64,000 nucleotides of DNA from the NCBI GenBank assembly GCA_951406725.2, contig OX597839.1, positions 22,134,001-22,198,000 on the forward strand, in the 5' to 3' direction. A model generated the notes under the pieces. It had not been told where the DNA came from, searched no databases, and was given only the letters and a program-made list of their open reading frames with translations. A program made the translations under genes and the position numbers. Origin of the DNA: Octopus vulgaris (taxonomy: Eukaryota). Shown here in pieces: positions 62,791 to 64,000 of this stretch; position 1 is the stretch's first letter; the number at the start of each line of letters is the position of its first letter.

Positions 62791-63214
62791 AGGACATTGC
62801 AAGTGTGAGTTGCCAACTGTTTCAAGCTGCTTACCTATTACAATGTCTTTGCCATCGTTTAATGGGAAGGACTGAAAAAAAAAGAAAAATATATTTTAAT
62901 AATGGAAAAATAAATGACAAAACTCACAGCGGATAATGTCGTCCTGTATATACAAAACAAATGGAATGGTCACGACTGGAATGGTTGAATGTAGGTTTGC
63001 TCAATCAGAGCCGACGTCAGGTTATACAAGAACAGCAACAATCAGCTGATCAAATGATCGATCACTGCAGTATGGTTGGGCCTGCAAAAGGCCGTACGAC
63101 TAAAGACAGAAAACAAAAGACTCCTTTTGCAAACAGCAATTTGAGAGTGAAAGGAGGAACAGTTCCACCAGCGGATCTCGAACCTTCTGCCTATCGCTTG
63201 CCAGACGACTTTGT

Positions 63215-63440
63215 CACCGATAATCGTCATCGTCATGTACCGTACGCCTGCATGGCATCGAAGACACAAAACGAAAGCCATCCCAATGAAGATCCAGTTC
63301 TGCAGCTGTCTCTCCTGTCCAACCATCTCATCATATTCTCCATCCATGCCATTCTTTGCCCGACTCTCAACCTCCTTCCTACCCTCTCATCTTCCTTCTA
63401 TGATAATGTTTCCAACACCTCTGTTCCTTTGAATTTCGCT
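63215..63440 (-). mobile_element. Decayed RTE-like LINE 3' end
   Basis: GRRLRVGQRMAWMENMMRWLDRR resembles the RTE GR.R.RW.D motif; degenerate (GAT)n tail. A similar sequence recurs at about 63865-63985. Confidence 0.55.
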
Positions 63441-63444
63441 ATAC

Positions 63445-63641
63445 CCTTTTACTCTTTTACTTGTTTCAGTCATTTGACTGCAGCCATGCTGGAGCACCGC
63501 CTTTAGTCGAGCAAATCGACCCCCGGGACTTATTCTTTGTAAGCCCAGTACTTATTCTATCGGTCTCTTTTGCCGAACCGCTAAGTGACGGGGACGTAAA
63601 CACACCAGCATCGGTTGTCAAGCAATGCTAGGGGGTCAAAC

Positions 63642-63701
<60 letters not shown>

Positions 63702-63757
63702 GACAGGCTTCTTTCAGTTTCCGTCTACCAAATCCACTCACAAGGCATTGGTCGGCC
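63445..63757 (-). mobile_element. SINE family A, 5'-truncated
   Basis: Same consensus. Confidence 0.8.
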
Positions 63758-64000
63758 AATAGACGAGCTTTTGTTTTTTTCACAATGTTTAGTAGCATTT
63801 ACATCACTCTAGAAATAGCAGTTAAGTCTCCCTCACTCTATACATTATAGTCTTAAAACCTCCTCGATTCATCGTCGTTTCATCGCAGCGAATTCATGAC
63901 ATGAACATTTTTTTCCGATTAAGCGCCACCTCTCTGGTCGCTTTGCCTCTCCTGTCCAACCAACTCTTGATATTGTCCATCCGGACTGGGGTTAAACAAC

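Noticed and set aside
63042-63347. ORF with a hydrophobic stretch (NWIFIGMAFVLCLRCHAG) as the missing signal-peptide exon of the ZP gene
   Set aside because: No phase-1 GT donor follows the hydrophobic segment. Another frame reads as an RTE 3' end, and similar sequence recurs at about 63865-63985.

Overview
This is AT-rich, microsatellite-dense eukaryotic DNA. The SINE families and repeat landscape point to a coleoid cephalopod, probably Octopus (inference from recalled repeat families). The only host gene I can reconstruct is on the minus strand: seven phase-compatible GT-AG exons between 41370 and 61299. They encode about 357 aa of a ZP-module, single-pass membrane protein resembling molluscan vitelline-envelope (VEZP/VERL-like) proteins; the start/signal-peptide exon was not found. 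The rest is mostly mobile DNA: several SINE families, 5'-truncated LINE tails (RTE-like, Dong/R4-like, CR1-like), a decayed Gypsy LTR element with a second LTR nested in it, non-autonomous Helitrons, MITEs and decayed Penelope-like (PLE) fragments. The most striking non-coding signal is four unrelated short elements next to (TA)n tracts, each carrying a minimal hammerhead-ribozyme motif; two of them lie inside ~100-bp inverted repeats. Most ORFs in the supplied track are microsatellite or SINE artefacts. All calls are by eye; no alignments or folding were run.
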